A stretch of DNA of 64,000 bases from Octopus vulgaris (GCA_951406725.2 OX597827.1:69440001-69504000); one strand, 5' to 3'. Counted from the first letter of the stretch, positions 1-11,226 are shown. Program-made: numbers and translations. Notes: generated by a model from the letters alone, not told the origin.

Positions 1-130
1 TATATTGTAGATTTGTATAACTCCCAAAGGGAGGCAGATAAAATCTGCCTTTTATAATAAGAGATATCTCTTATTATAAAAGGCAGATTTTATCTGCCTC
101 CCTTTGGGAGTTATACAAATCTACAATATA
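1..130. repeat. Perfect 130-bp palindrome (two Helitron-like 5' ends head-to-head)
   Basis: 1-65 is the exact reverse complement of 66-130; each arm starts A|TCTCTTATTATAAA. Confidence 0.85.
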
Positions 131-603
131 GGATTTCTTCAATTACAATTTACCTTGCATTTTTAAGAGTACAATGCATCGCGTCATGCCAGGTCCAGTT
201 TTTAAAATTTAAACTCCAATTAAGCAAAATTTACAGAAAACTCACATTGTGGTGTGTGTGTCAAATGCTTTTCTTAGTCTGGTTTACAGCACACGCAAAC
301 GCACACACACAGTGGGCAACGAATAAAATGAAAGTAATTGACTTACTGTAGTGAGTGATTCTTTCACTCTGCCTCCCACTTCCTCTTTCAACACATAGAC
401 ACGCAAATATATAAATAAAATTGTAAGCTAACGTGCGTGTGTGTGAGTGGGTGTGTGTGGGTGTGCGCGTGTGTGTGTGTGTGTGTGTGAGGGTGTGTGT
501 GTGTGTGTGTGAGGGTGAGTGTGTGTGTGTGTGTGCGTGTGGGTGGGTGTGTGACAGTAAAGTTTTTTACGACGAATATAACACCTATATCCAAGTAGCA
601 GAA

Positions 604-976
604 AGATAAGACAGTAAGGTGTGATTTGAGGGAGATTTGGCTGCTATTTCTACCATGTCTAGCTGCCATGTAGGGGTCTCCCTCATAGGCTCATACATAC
701 ATATATACATAGATAAGACAGTAAGGTGTGATTTGGGGGAAATTTGGCTGCTATTTCTACCAGGTCTAGCTGCCATGTAGGGGTCTCCCTCATAGGCTCA
801 TACATACATATATACATAGATAAGACAGTAAGGTGTGATTTGGGGGAAATTTGGCTGCTATTTCTACCAGGTCTAGCTACCATGTAGAGGTCCCCCTCAT
901 TGGCTCATATATATATACATACATAAGACAGTAAGGTGTGATTTGAGGGAGATTTGGCTGCTGTTTCTACCAGGTC
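604..976 (-). repeat. Tandem array of about 3.5 copies of a 107-bp unit with an HDV-like ribozyme fold on the minus strand
   Basis: Core units at 627-692, 734-799, 841-906 and a partial unit at 944-976. The repeat is certain; the ribozyme reading is an inference. Confidence 0.8.
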
Positions 977-1231
977 TGTTAGGCCTTCTCATGTAAACTC
1001 AAGCTTTCTCGTGCCTTGAACTCGTTTTATTTTTGTAAGCATTGTACTTATTCTATCTGTTTCCTTTGTCAAACCACTAGGTGACAGGGATGTAAACAAA
1101 CCAACATTCGTTGTCAAGCAGTGGTGGAGGACAATCACAAGCACAGACACGCACACACACACACATACATGCATACACATATACACACATACATACATAC
1201 ATACATATATATATATGTGTGTATATATATA

Positions 1232-1553
1232 TTGCAGCGTGGAAGGTGTTTGTAAGCCATTTAAGAAACACACAAAAACCGTTACATTCACTTCAACATT
1301 TAAATTTAATTTGCCAAAATATTTTCGTCGCTTTCAGACCGCGACCTGTTCACTGACAAAAATATCGTGCTAACAGGTCGCGGTCTCAAAGCGATGAAAA
1401 TATTTTGACAAATTAAATTTAAATGTTGAAGTGAATCTAACGGTTTTTGTGTGTTTCTTAAATGGCTTATAAACACCTTCAACGCTGCAACTGTTTTCGT
1501 TCCAGCACACGATCTCAGATCAAGTCACTTGCTATACAAGTACATCTCTGTAA
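1232..1553. mobile_element. Foldback (about 119-bp arms), Penelope-like remnant; second copy at 25988-26299
   Basis: 1232-1350 is inverted at 1371-1490; a hammerhead-like fold lies at the centre. Confidence 0.7.
1310..1360 (-). ncRNA. Minimal type-I hammerhead ribozyme-like motif with G3-C8 core variant
   Basis: UUUGUCA-GUGAACA-G-GUCGC(GGUCUGAAA)GCGAC-GAAA-AUAU-U-U^-UGGCAAA. Confidence 0.55.
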
Positions 1554-1652
1554 CTATATATATATTTATATATATATATATATGTATATTGTTAAAAACA
1601 GTAAGATAACAAAAGAAAGAAAGAGACCTCAATATCATGTAAATAGAGGAAA

Positions 1653-2047
1653 TCTTTATATATAAAAGTGAGGTTGTGTGTCTGTCTCCTATGATTTAGA
1701 TTCCTAACTACTCCCACATTTTGCGGTGCAGTTTAACCAAAACCGGGTATCTTATAGTCGTGATTCATATCGAGACCGTCTGGGTATTAGCGCGCGTCTA
1801 CGATGAGTCTACGATTTAAAAAAAAATTTACCATCAATTTTTCCCATTTTTAATCCATTTTTGACATATATAAGGGAAGTAACTCTCTAAAATTTATTAT
1901 TAAATCTCAGAACGTAAAAAGCTACAGTAACACCCCTCCCCCTTTGTGGTTAGCCATATTGAGATGGCTATTATACTTTACATCTCTAAAAATGCTTATA
2001 TAATTATTTCCCTTACAAACCCGAGCAACGCCGGGCGATACTGCTAG
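1653..2047 (+). mobile_element. Non-autonomous Helitron
   Basis: A|TC 5' end, subterminal hairpin cccgagcaacgccggg, CTAG|T 3' end, no TSD. Confidence 0.85.
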
Positions 2048-2094
2048 TATATATATATATAATATATATAATATTATGATGTATATATATATAT

Positions 2095-3365
2095 TATTTT
2101 TATTTTATTTTATTTTATCTAGTTTCAGCTCACAAGCTGTGGCCACGCTGGGGCACCGCCATTTGGTGTTGCTACATAATTTTACTTCACGAATGCTTTT
2201 TAGGAATTGACATTTGGTGCATGAGAGAGTTTGATGCAGCTGCCCTCATCTGCACCTCCTACCGCGAAGTTGGTTCATCTGGGACACTTGATGGGAAGAG
2301 GTCCAGCTTTGTTTTAAAGATACTTACATCTACCCCATGCAGGTCTCTCAGGTCCTTCAGGAGGATATTAAAGAGCTGTGGACCTCTGAAGCCTAGGCTA
2401 TTGCAGTATCTTGTCCTACATCTTGATGGCAAATTTGGAGTCCTTGGCACTATGCAGTGGTGCCTAGTTCTAGTATTTGTGTAACTCTCGATGCCAAAGT
2501 TTGGGACAAGTCCTTCCAGATATATATTAAGGCATATCTTTCTCGCCTACACTCTAAGGAATAGTCTTAATCTCTTGAGTCTTTCCCAGTAGCTTATATG
2601 CTGCACAGAGGATATCTTCTTTGTGTAGCTTCGTTGGATTGCCTCAAGTTCTGAGACTAATTTGACACTTGTTGGTGACCATAGCTGAGAGCAATAGTCA
2701 AAGTGGCCTAGGACAAGTGTCCTCCAGACGACCATCATGGTTTCCTGGTCTCTTGTTCTAAAAGTTCTAAGAATCCATCCGGTCAACCACCTGCATTCCG
2801 TTGCCAATTTAGCAACATGCACATGAAAGGTTGCAGCATTACTCATGTAAATGCCCAGGTCTCGCACTGACTGTGCCTCTGGGATTGCAATCTCTGCAGG
2901 TCCAGTTTATTTAATTGATATTGCATTTAGTTTTTGCATTCTGATAGCATAAGACTTGAAACTTTTCAGTATTAAACTGAATGCTATTCTTTTCAGCTCA
3001 CTTGTATATTTCGTCCAGCTCACATTGCAGGTGCATAGTGTCTTCAGGGTTCTGTATTACCTGTGAAACTTTTGTATCATTTGCGTAACTTGTGAACATG
3101 GCTCTCTGTGTGGGTGAAAGCATGTCTGAGAGGGCCATTATGAACAGTAGTGGTCCCAAAACAGTGCCTTGCAGAACACCGCTCACTATTTGCATGTCAT
3201 TGGAGATGGCCCCATGCCGAGATCACACAGTCTGTGACATATCATTCCATGATTTACTTTATCAAAGGCCTTTGCAAAGTCGAGATATATCACTTCCACA
3301 TTTGAGTGGTTGAGCAGCTGTTTCAACACCCAATCATAGTGTTGTAAGAGCTGAATCAGGCAGCA
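2095..3365 (-). mobile_element. Degenerate CR1-type LINE 3' fragment (RT C-terminus, 3' UTR, (ATAAA)n tail)
   Basis: Broken ORFs SGVLQGTVLGPLLF, YANDTK (YADD), RDLGI...DYCSQLWSP...LEAIQR...SYWERL, GPQLFN. Confidence 0.9.
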
Positions 3366-3549
3366 AGTTTGAAAGTGTTTAGTTACAAAAAATTATTTTT
3401 TAAATCTGTCGGTCAAAAGGTAAAGATCCATAGGTCTTGGTGTTTAAAAGGTTGGGATCACCCTGGCTTTTGCCCTCTTATTACTTCCTTCTGCTCATGT
3501 AACATACAATGATGATTTCATTTTCTAAATCTCTATATTGTATTTTCAG

Positions 3550-3713
3550 GTCACCAGTACGAAGAATGCCATCTAACGGATGGCATGTGTGTGAAAAATA
3601 CTACCGTTGCCTTGATCAGCGGAGCACTATCTGTCCAGGAACGCTACTCCTGCCAACCTGTAGATCTCTGCGATAATTTGAACTTGACCACTACTCATGT
3701 TTCCTGTGCCAAT
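3550..3713 (+). CDS. Internal exon of a Ly6/uPAR (three-finger)-like single-pass membrane protein
   Basis: Acceptor tattttcag|G. Reads (G)HQYEECHLTDGMCVKNTTVALISGALSVQERYSCQPVDLCDNLNLTTTHVSCAN. The phase-0 donor AAT|GTAGGT joins in frame to 8038 and creates an N-I-T sequon. Upstream exons were not found in the window. Confidence 0.75.
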
Positions 3714-3796
3714 GTAGGTAACCACACCAAACTAACAGTAACTTTTTTGTTTTTGTTTTCTAACCCACAACCACTTAATATTTCAAAGCACGGTAA

Positions 3797-4445
3797 CATC
3801 ATCATCAGCATCATCATTTAACGTCCATTTTCCATGCTGGCATGGGTTGGACAGTTTGACTTAAAGCTGGTAAGCTGGGGGAGCCACACCAGGTTCTGAT
3901 CAAATTCGGCATGGTTTCTACAGCTGGATGACCTTCCTAATGCCAACCACTCCAAGCAGTGTAGTGGGTGCTTTCTACATGCCACCAGCATGGGTGCCAG
4001 TTACGAAACACCAGCACTCCCCAAAACTATGATCTCACTTGGCTTGACAGGTCTTCTCAAGCCCGTATCTATTTCTACATATGCAAGCATCTTGTACAAG
4101 CGTGTAAATTTGTCACCAGCACCAAATCCACAGTCACCAAAATAGGCTCAACGTCCAGACAGCTGTGCTAAAATCACCAGTGTCCAATCTGATTTGGCAT
4201 GGTTTCTACGGCTGGATGCCCTTCCTGATGCTAACTGCTGCAAGAGTGTAATGGGTGGTTTTTATGTATCACTGACATGGGTGCCAGTTCTGTAACACCA
4301 GCATCAGCCACGACAATTTCACTTGGCCTGACAGGTCATCTCAAGCATAGTATATTGCCAAAGGTCACGGCCACTTGTCACAAGCCAGCCCAAGACAAAC
4401 TGTGCAGCCCATGCTAGTATGGACAATGGATGTTTGATGATGATC
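3797..4445. mobile_element. Cluster of SINE family C copies ((GAT)n tail, GGAAGGGCATCCAGCTGTAGAAAC core)
   Basis: The same motif recurs at 17525, 20460, 33680, 37100, 37890, 39102, 48162, 49190 and 63207. Confidence 0.75.
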
Positions 4446-4595
4446 TTAGTTATCATTAAGCTAGTGTTAGGAACATAAATTGTGACTAAGGTTTGGTGGA
4501 AGATTTTTGAGACATTTGTACTACAGAACCAGAGGCAGTTTCACCTGGGTGGGTATCAAAATGGTTAAGAATTGTTTCTCTATTATATATTTTAA

Positions 4596-4816
4596 CCCTT
4601 TCGTTACTGTATTTATTTTGAGATGCTCTGTGTTTCTTTCAATTAATTTTAAATATAACAAGGAATTTAGTAAAATAACTTAGTTATCATTCAGCTAGTG
4701 TTAGGAACATAACTTGTGACTAAGGTTTGGTGGAAAATTTTAATTAAAAACTTATAAAAACAAGACATTTGTACTCAGAGCCAGAGCTGGTTTCAGCCGG
4801 GTTGGTATCGAAAGGG
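4596..4816. mobile_element. piggyBac-like MITE
   Basis: TTAA-CCCTTTCG...CGAAAGGG-TTAA; partial copy at 4445-4568. Confidence 0.8.
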
Positions 4817-5589
4817 TTAAGAAATATTTTTTTATTATCTAAATCAGTGGTTCCCATCTGGAGTCCTTTAGGACCCTTAGGGTTCCACGTAAGATTTTCT
4901 TGTTAAAATTTATGTGCTATAAATTGGTTATACTTCTAAAATACACAAAATATTTTAGCAATTTTTTAAAATACAATTCCTTATATTTTATTATAAATAT
5001 ATAATTTTTTAGACATCAAATGGCTAGGAGGGTAAATCTGAGTAAATAGAAGAATCAAAGGAGATGAAAGGTAAAAAATGGCTGAGAATCTCTGATCTAA
5101 ATGAAACATCCTAGAAAAATGAGAGAAATATTAAACTTTCATTCACCTGTCAGTTTTTTGGCAACAGATGGATGACAACAAAATCATAGCAGTGTCGTGT
5201 GCCATCTTCGTGCTCAATCGAAGTTACATAAAACATCCTGATCAGAAATACAAGTTTTACATCTTGTATGGCAATCCTCTTGACCAAAATGTAAACAACA
5301 ACATCCAGATGGTATGAAAGGTAGAGTTGAAATACAGTGCTCGTATAACATAGTTTATTCATTTATGTGTTTCAGTCATTTGACTGTGGCCATGCTGGAG
5401 CACTGCCTTAAAGGGTTTTTAGCTGAAGAAATCAACCCCGGGACTTATGCTTTGTAAGCCTTAATACTTATTCTATCGGTCTCTTTTGCTGAACTGCTAG
5501 GGACATAAATGCACCAACACCGGTTGTCAAGTGATGGTCAAGGGACAAACACAGGCACAAAGACACACATACATATACTCTTACTCTCT

Positions 5590-5791
5590 CTCTTTTACTT
5601 GTTTCAGTCATTTTGACTGCGGCCATGCTGGAGCACCGCCTTTAGTAGAGCAAATCAACCCCGGGACTTATTCTTTGTAAGCCCAGTACTTGTTCTATCG
5701 GTCTCTTTTGCCGAACCGCTAAGTGACGGGGACGTAAACACACCAGCATCGGTTGTCAAGCAATGCTAGGGGGACAAACACAGACACACAA

Positions 5792-5834
<43 letters not shown>

Positions 5835-5990
5835 TACGACAGGCTTCTTTCAGTTTCTGTCTACCAAATCCACTCACAAGGCTTTGGTCGGCCTGGGGCT
5901 ATAGCAGAAGACACTTGCCCAAGGTGCCACGCAGTGGGACTGAACCCGGAACCATGTGGTTGGTAAGCAAGCTACTTACCACACAGCGAC
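5590..5990 (-). mobile_element. tRNA-derived SINE family A (full length)
   Basis: A/B-box-like head TGGCTGTGTGGT / GGTTCAGTCCC, internal (TA/TG)n, tail GGCGGTGCTCCAGCATGGCCGCAGTCAAATGACTGAAACAAG(TAAAAGAG)n. More than 15 full or partial copies in the window. Confidence 0.85.
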
Positions 5991-6477
5991 GGGCTTCTTT
6001 CAGGTATTTGTAGAAAATTTCATTTACCGAAATACCCCTTTTTCTGAAAATGATAAGGAAACAGACAGGAGTCGGGATGCGCACAATTGGATAGGTGTGC
6101 CAAAGTTAAAGAACATAGTTCCTGTCACTGGTTTCAGCCATTGGTCTGTGGTCATACTGGAGCATCGCTTTCAGTTAATTTGTCCTCCTTACCTCCTTCC
6201 CCCCTGTTTCTTTGGTTGGTAGCGAATTGAAAATCATGGAGTTATCCTTGGCGTAAAGGGAGATAACTCACAACGCAATACTGGCAAACTTCATCTTAAG
6301 GCTGTAATTAGTTCTAAGACATGGGAATTAAGAAGAGAAAAATAAAAGATAAAACCTAACACGAAAAATCGTTTATAAAAATTTATTACCTTATATCTGT
6401 TTTAATAAATAGCTTATCTGTATTTTCGTACATAATTTATTTGATTTTTCCACCACTTCAGTATTGATTTATAGTTA

Positions 6478-7080
6478 GGCGGCGAGATGGCAGAATCGTT
6501 AGCACGCCAGGCGAAATGCTCGGCGGTATTTCGTCTGCCGTTACATTCTGAGTTCAAATTCCGCCGAGGTCGACTTTACCTTTCATCCTTTCTGAGTCAA
6601 TAAATTAAGTACCAGTTACGCATTGGTGTCGATATAATCGACTTAATCCGTTTGTCTTTCCTTGTTTGTCCCTTCTGTGTTTAGCCCCTTGTGGGTAGTA
6701 AAGAAATAGGTATTTTGACTGTCGCTACGTTCTGAGTTCAAATTCCGCCGAGGTCGACTTTGCCTTTCATCCTTTTGGAGTCAATAAATTAAGTACCAGT
6801 TACGCACTGGGGTTGATATAATCGACTTAATCCGTTTGTCTTTCCTTGTTTGTCCCTTCTGTGTTTAGCCCCTTGTGGGTAGTAAAGAAATAGGTATTTT
6901 GCCTGTCGCTACGTTCCGAGTTCAAATTCCGCCAAGGTCAACTTTGCCTTTCATCCTTTCGGGCTCGATTAAATAAGTACCAGTTATGCACTGGGGTCGA
7001 TATAATCGACTTAATCCGTTTGTCTGTCCTTGTTTGTTCCCTCTGTGTATAGCCCCTTGTGGGTAGTAAAGAAATAAGTA
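6478..7080 (+). mobile_element. SINE family B, three tandem units
   Basis: Repeated GAGTTCAAATTCCGCCGAGGTCGACTTTGCCTTTCATCCTTTCGGGGTCGAT...AGCCCCTTGTGGGTAGTAAAGAAAT. Confidence 0.85.
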
Positions 7081-7442
7081 TTAATTTCTAGGTGTTGTTT
7101 AATTGTCTTATTTTTGCTAAGATCAATGTAAAGTTAGATAAATTGACTGAAATTGAGATTTAGTTTTTTCCTGTAAATTTCTTAAGAAAAAAGTGATATA
7201 AAGTCAAAATACGACAAGGCTGGCCCTTCAAAACACAGATACACTGAACAGTTTGCCAGTTGTGTGAACTGGAGTAGTGTGAAATAAAGTGTCTTGCTCA
7301 AGGACACAACACATCATTGGGTATCGAACTTACTAAGCCACGAGCCTTCGTATACACACTTGACACCCTCATACACATATGATGGGTTTCTTTCAGTTTC
7401 CATCTAAATTCGCTCAAAGGCTTTGGTTGAGCTTGGTTTACA

Positions 7443-7765
7443 GCTGGTTCAGTCATGTGGCCCGGTGTCTAGAGGGTGAGCTGATTCGCGATGTCCCCCT
7501 CCCCCCACCTCCATTTCCCAGCTGGCGCAAACGCATAGGTGGGTAGCTGAAGACCTGGGCAACGACGATAAAGGAGGACCTCTCCAAACTCTCGGGTCCG
7601 CAGGTGGTCAGTCTGCGCAGATGGAACCGCAAATGGCTCGCTATCTCCAGTGACCTCGCACAGGACTGTTGAGCGCAGGCCGCCATGGTTTGTGATGCCG
7701 TCAGGACCAGAGAAGAAGCTGGCTCAACCCACCCTGGGTGAATGCCGTCATAAGTAAAAGTAAGG
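7443..7765 (+). mobile_element. RTE-like LINE 3' fragment
   Basis: Degenerate WFSHVAR...WRKRIGG.LKTWATTIKEDL frame ending CAACCCACCCTGGGTGAATGCCG plus a short tail; related fragments at 12415-12630 (-) and 33230-33480 (+). Confidence 0.7.
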
Positions 7766-8037
7766 TCTACAACAGATGACAATTAGATTTCTTACAAAGC
7801 CTTTGCTCTGTCTCTGCATTTGATGAGGTGAACATATCCTATCTATCCACAAAACTTTTAGTTTTCATGTGAAGCCAAGTCAAAACTGTTATAAAAAATA
7901 CATGTAACACCAACCAAATGTATTGAGTGCTACTTTCTTTCATAATGAGTGCAGTATGATCAGAACTTATCTCTATATGGTCAAGATTTTATCTTTTAAC
8001 TGATCTCATTTTTTTTTTCTGTCCTTTTTTAATCTAG

Positions 8038-8472
8038 ATTACAAACCCACCTGCAACCAGTGAAATTTGTTGCTGTCCTTTTGATCTGTGTTTCGTCCCT
8101 ACCTGGTTCACCAACAACACCAACAACAATAACGGGGAATTGTCCTCCATACCACCGTCACAGGACTCCGGCTCCGATCACGGAAACAGCGACACTGCTT
8201 CTCCGAAAGCAACAACCACAGTGCAACAGCTAATCAGACCAGGTGTACAGCCGTCAGGTACGCACACCAAAGGGCAAAAGAACTGGCTCCTCGTCACCTG
8301 CCTGGTCTTAGTCTTCGTCATTTTCTTCTGCATAATCGGTGGAGTTGTGCTCGTTGCCGTTCGCTACCGCCTCACACGAAGGAAGCAGCCAGTAACGTTA
8401 GCATATACTCGGATCGCTGCAGACTCTCCGGCCGGCAACGGGGATGAAGACATTCAGATGCTTCTCGGCTAA
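8038..8472 (+). CDS. Terminal coding exon: end of Cys-rich domain, S/T/P stalk, TM helix, short cytoplasmic tail
   Basis: Polypyrimidine tract and TAG acceptor at 8035-8037. Reads ITNPPATSEICCCPFDLCF...NWLLVTCLVLVFVIFFCIIGGVVLVAVRYRLTRRK...AYTRI...DEDIQMLLG*. CCxxxLC is a Ly6-like C-terminal motif; a hydrophobic helix is followed by a basic stop-transfer segment. Confidence 0.85.
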   Translation: MTNPPATSEICCCPFDLCFVPTWFTNNTNNNNGELSSIPPSQDSGSDHGNSDTASPKATTTVQQLIRPGVQPSGTHTKGQKNWLLVTCLVLVFVIFFCIIGGVVLVAVRYRLTRRKQPVTLAYTRIAADSPAGNGDEDIQMLLG

Positions 8473-8880
8473 GATTGCTGTATTTTCTTTCATTTTCTAT
8501 ATACACACACACACTCACACACATACACACCTATAGGCATACACACATTGCATCTACCTTACACCCATGCACACACACTTGCGCATCCATATATGCACAC
8601 GATATCAATGTCTTTCTCTCACTCTCTCTCTCTCTCTTTCTCTCCCATGATTTAACAAATTTTGTTATTTTTTTTCGTACTTGAGGGAAAAAACAGAATT
8701 AAGGAAAACGTAATTCTGAGCTTGAAAAGTTAAAATATTATGTCAGAGGCAACGGCAACACACACTGTATGTATGTGTGTGTGTGTGTGTGTGTGATATG
8801 GTCTACCTATTTATCTTTGCAGCAGCATAGCATCAGTTTATGCAGGGTGCAATTGTACTAAGCACGTGCTCATTTGTGTG

Positions 8881-8913
<33 letters not shown>

Positions 8914-9819
8914 ATGTTTGTGTGTGTGTGTGTGTGCATGAACTTAGGTATAAAAACAATGAGCTAAGAAAGAGAAAAAAAAACCGAGGAAACAAGCTAA
9001 AAAAATTGAACCCACAAATAGGACCTTTTGTAATGATTTGGGCTTCATCTCCTATTCCCAGCTGACTTCTTTGCCAGGCAATACACCTTTCTTTTCTTTC
9101 TTTGTCAATGTCCCATGTATATTTTTCATTGACTGTGTGATACGGTAAACGCATGTGTGTGTGTGTGTGTGTGAGAAAGAGAGAGAACACATATTCTTAT
9201 ATGTGTGTATATGTGTTTGTTGAGTGCATGGTCATCAACATAGATGCACTGCTCCTTCATATCTATGATTACTTGATACTCTGCTCTTTACCAGCCAGTG
9301 AAACACAATTCAGTACAGACAGCACACAAAACAAACTCCCTATTCTATATTCTCCCAGACCCCCCCCCACTCCCATTAACAGTGGGTGACATATATATAT
9401 ATATATATATATATATGAAACCTATTTAGTTTGTTAGTGGTGGTGGGGAGTCTCGACTATAATTCACTTTATCACCCAGTCTAAGAGGCTAGATTGCTCT
9501 AAGATTCAGTCAAACGTAACACCAAGCATTAACACCACAGCTCGTGTGAAGAACTGTATGTGTGTGTGTGTGTGTGTGTCTCTATCTATCCATTATTGAT
9601 AATACCTAGAAGAAGGCACCTTCTTTTCCACTCACCAAAGAGAATGGAGCTTTGGCCAGGAGGAACTGAAACCATCAGACAGTATCCAATGGTCATCAGG
9701 TGTCTCAGGCCTGAACAATAACATCCTTCTGTTGATGGGTCAGCAGATATGGCCAAATCACTGCTTGTCAGCTCTTCCTGGCTTCCAGCTTAACTCCTCT
9801 CTCTCTGTCTGTCTGTCAG

Positions 9820-9885
<66 letters not shown>

Positions 9886-10040
9886 TGCAGGCATCGCTGT
9901 GTGGTAAGAAGCTTGCTTCCCAACCATGGGAAAACAACTGAAACGAGTAAAAGAATTAAAAAAATTCATACACACATATACACATATAAGAGAAATTATT
10001 ATGATAAATACAATTTTATATAGTTTACTCCCTATATATA

Positions 10041-10212
10041 GGCGTAGAGTGGCTGTGTGGTAAGTAGCTTGCTTACGAACCACATGGTTCTGGGTTCAGT
10101 CCCACTGCGTGGCACCTTGGGCAAGTGTCTTCTACTATAGCTTCGGGCCGATCAAAGCCTTGTGAGCGGATTTAGAAGACGGAAACTGAAAGAAGCCTGT
10201 CATATATATGTG

Positions 10213-10243
<31 letters not shown>

Positions 10244-10450
10244 ATATGTTTGTGTGTCTGTGTTTGTTCCCCCAACATTGCTTGACAACCGATGCTGGTG
10301 TGTTTACGTCCCCATAACTTAGCAGTTCGGCAAAAGAGACTGATAGAATAACTACTAGGCTTACAAAGAATAAGTCCTGGGGTCGATTTGCTCGACTAAA
10401 GACGGTGCTCCAGTATGGTTGCAGTCAAATGACTGAAACAAGTAAAAGAG
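10041..10450 (+). mobile_element. SINE family A (full length)
   Basis: Reverse complement of 5590-5990. Others at 11402-11800, 14020-14380, 29790-30178(-), 36268-36625, 41030-41672(-), 45385-45785, 51111-51720, 59250-59435(-), 63750-64000(-). Confidence 0.85.
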
Positions 10451-11226
10451 TATATATGTTTTATGGCTGTGGTGCAATGCACATGGTGATACCACTAAAT
10501 GATACTAGCGGCTACTATACTTTGTACTACTGTTACTTCTAAGTATGGTAATAAGCAAACCACTTTACTAAAAGCAGACTGGATGATGATAACGATAATC
10601 GTGTGTGGAGTTCTAAACTTCAACTGCTCTTATATACTACTACTACTAATAATAATAATAATAATAGGACAAAAGAACATGAATTAATGTAATTAACGTG
10701 TTAGCCGCTACATGTGCTGTTGGTGGTTCGTCACAAATTTCACAAAAACGCCAGTAACCGGCCATGGTGGTTAACATGTTAAATTCATTCCAGCATTGAT
10801 ATTGGTGAAATGAATGGAAGTTTTTTGCGGTTTTTTTTTTTGGTTTTTTTTTAAAGCTGATGGATTTTTATTTATGTAATTACGGTTATTTTGTCGTTTA
10901 TTATTGACGATATTTTAAAAAAAAAACAACAAAAAAAACTCGCTTCCTCAACCCCTGCCAATCATTGTACTTCTGTTGTGTTGTGGGTGGGTGTGTGTCT
11001 GCAAGTCTGAATGAATGGATGGATGGATTACTCTGATATCCTCACTACCTCATGGTCAATGCATGTGTGCAGAGCGGTGATTTTGAGTATTATTGTGAAT
11101 TCTAACGTACGGTTTGTTAGGATTACTATTTGCCCTGCTATGGCTAAGCAGAAATATCATACACATGTGTGTTAAATTATATGTGTATGTATGTATGTGT
11201 GTGTGTGTATATATATATATACATAC

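Noticed and set aside
388-1356. Short ORFs rich in HT/CV/YI repeats here and throughout the window
   Set aside because: Dinucleotide microsatellite and SINE translations.
10405-10450. SINE A tail stem-loop plus GAAACAAGTA as a hammerhead half
   Set aside because: No CUGANGA-type core or stem I; better explained as the LINE-derived 3' recognition stem-loop.
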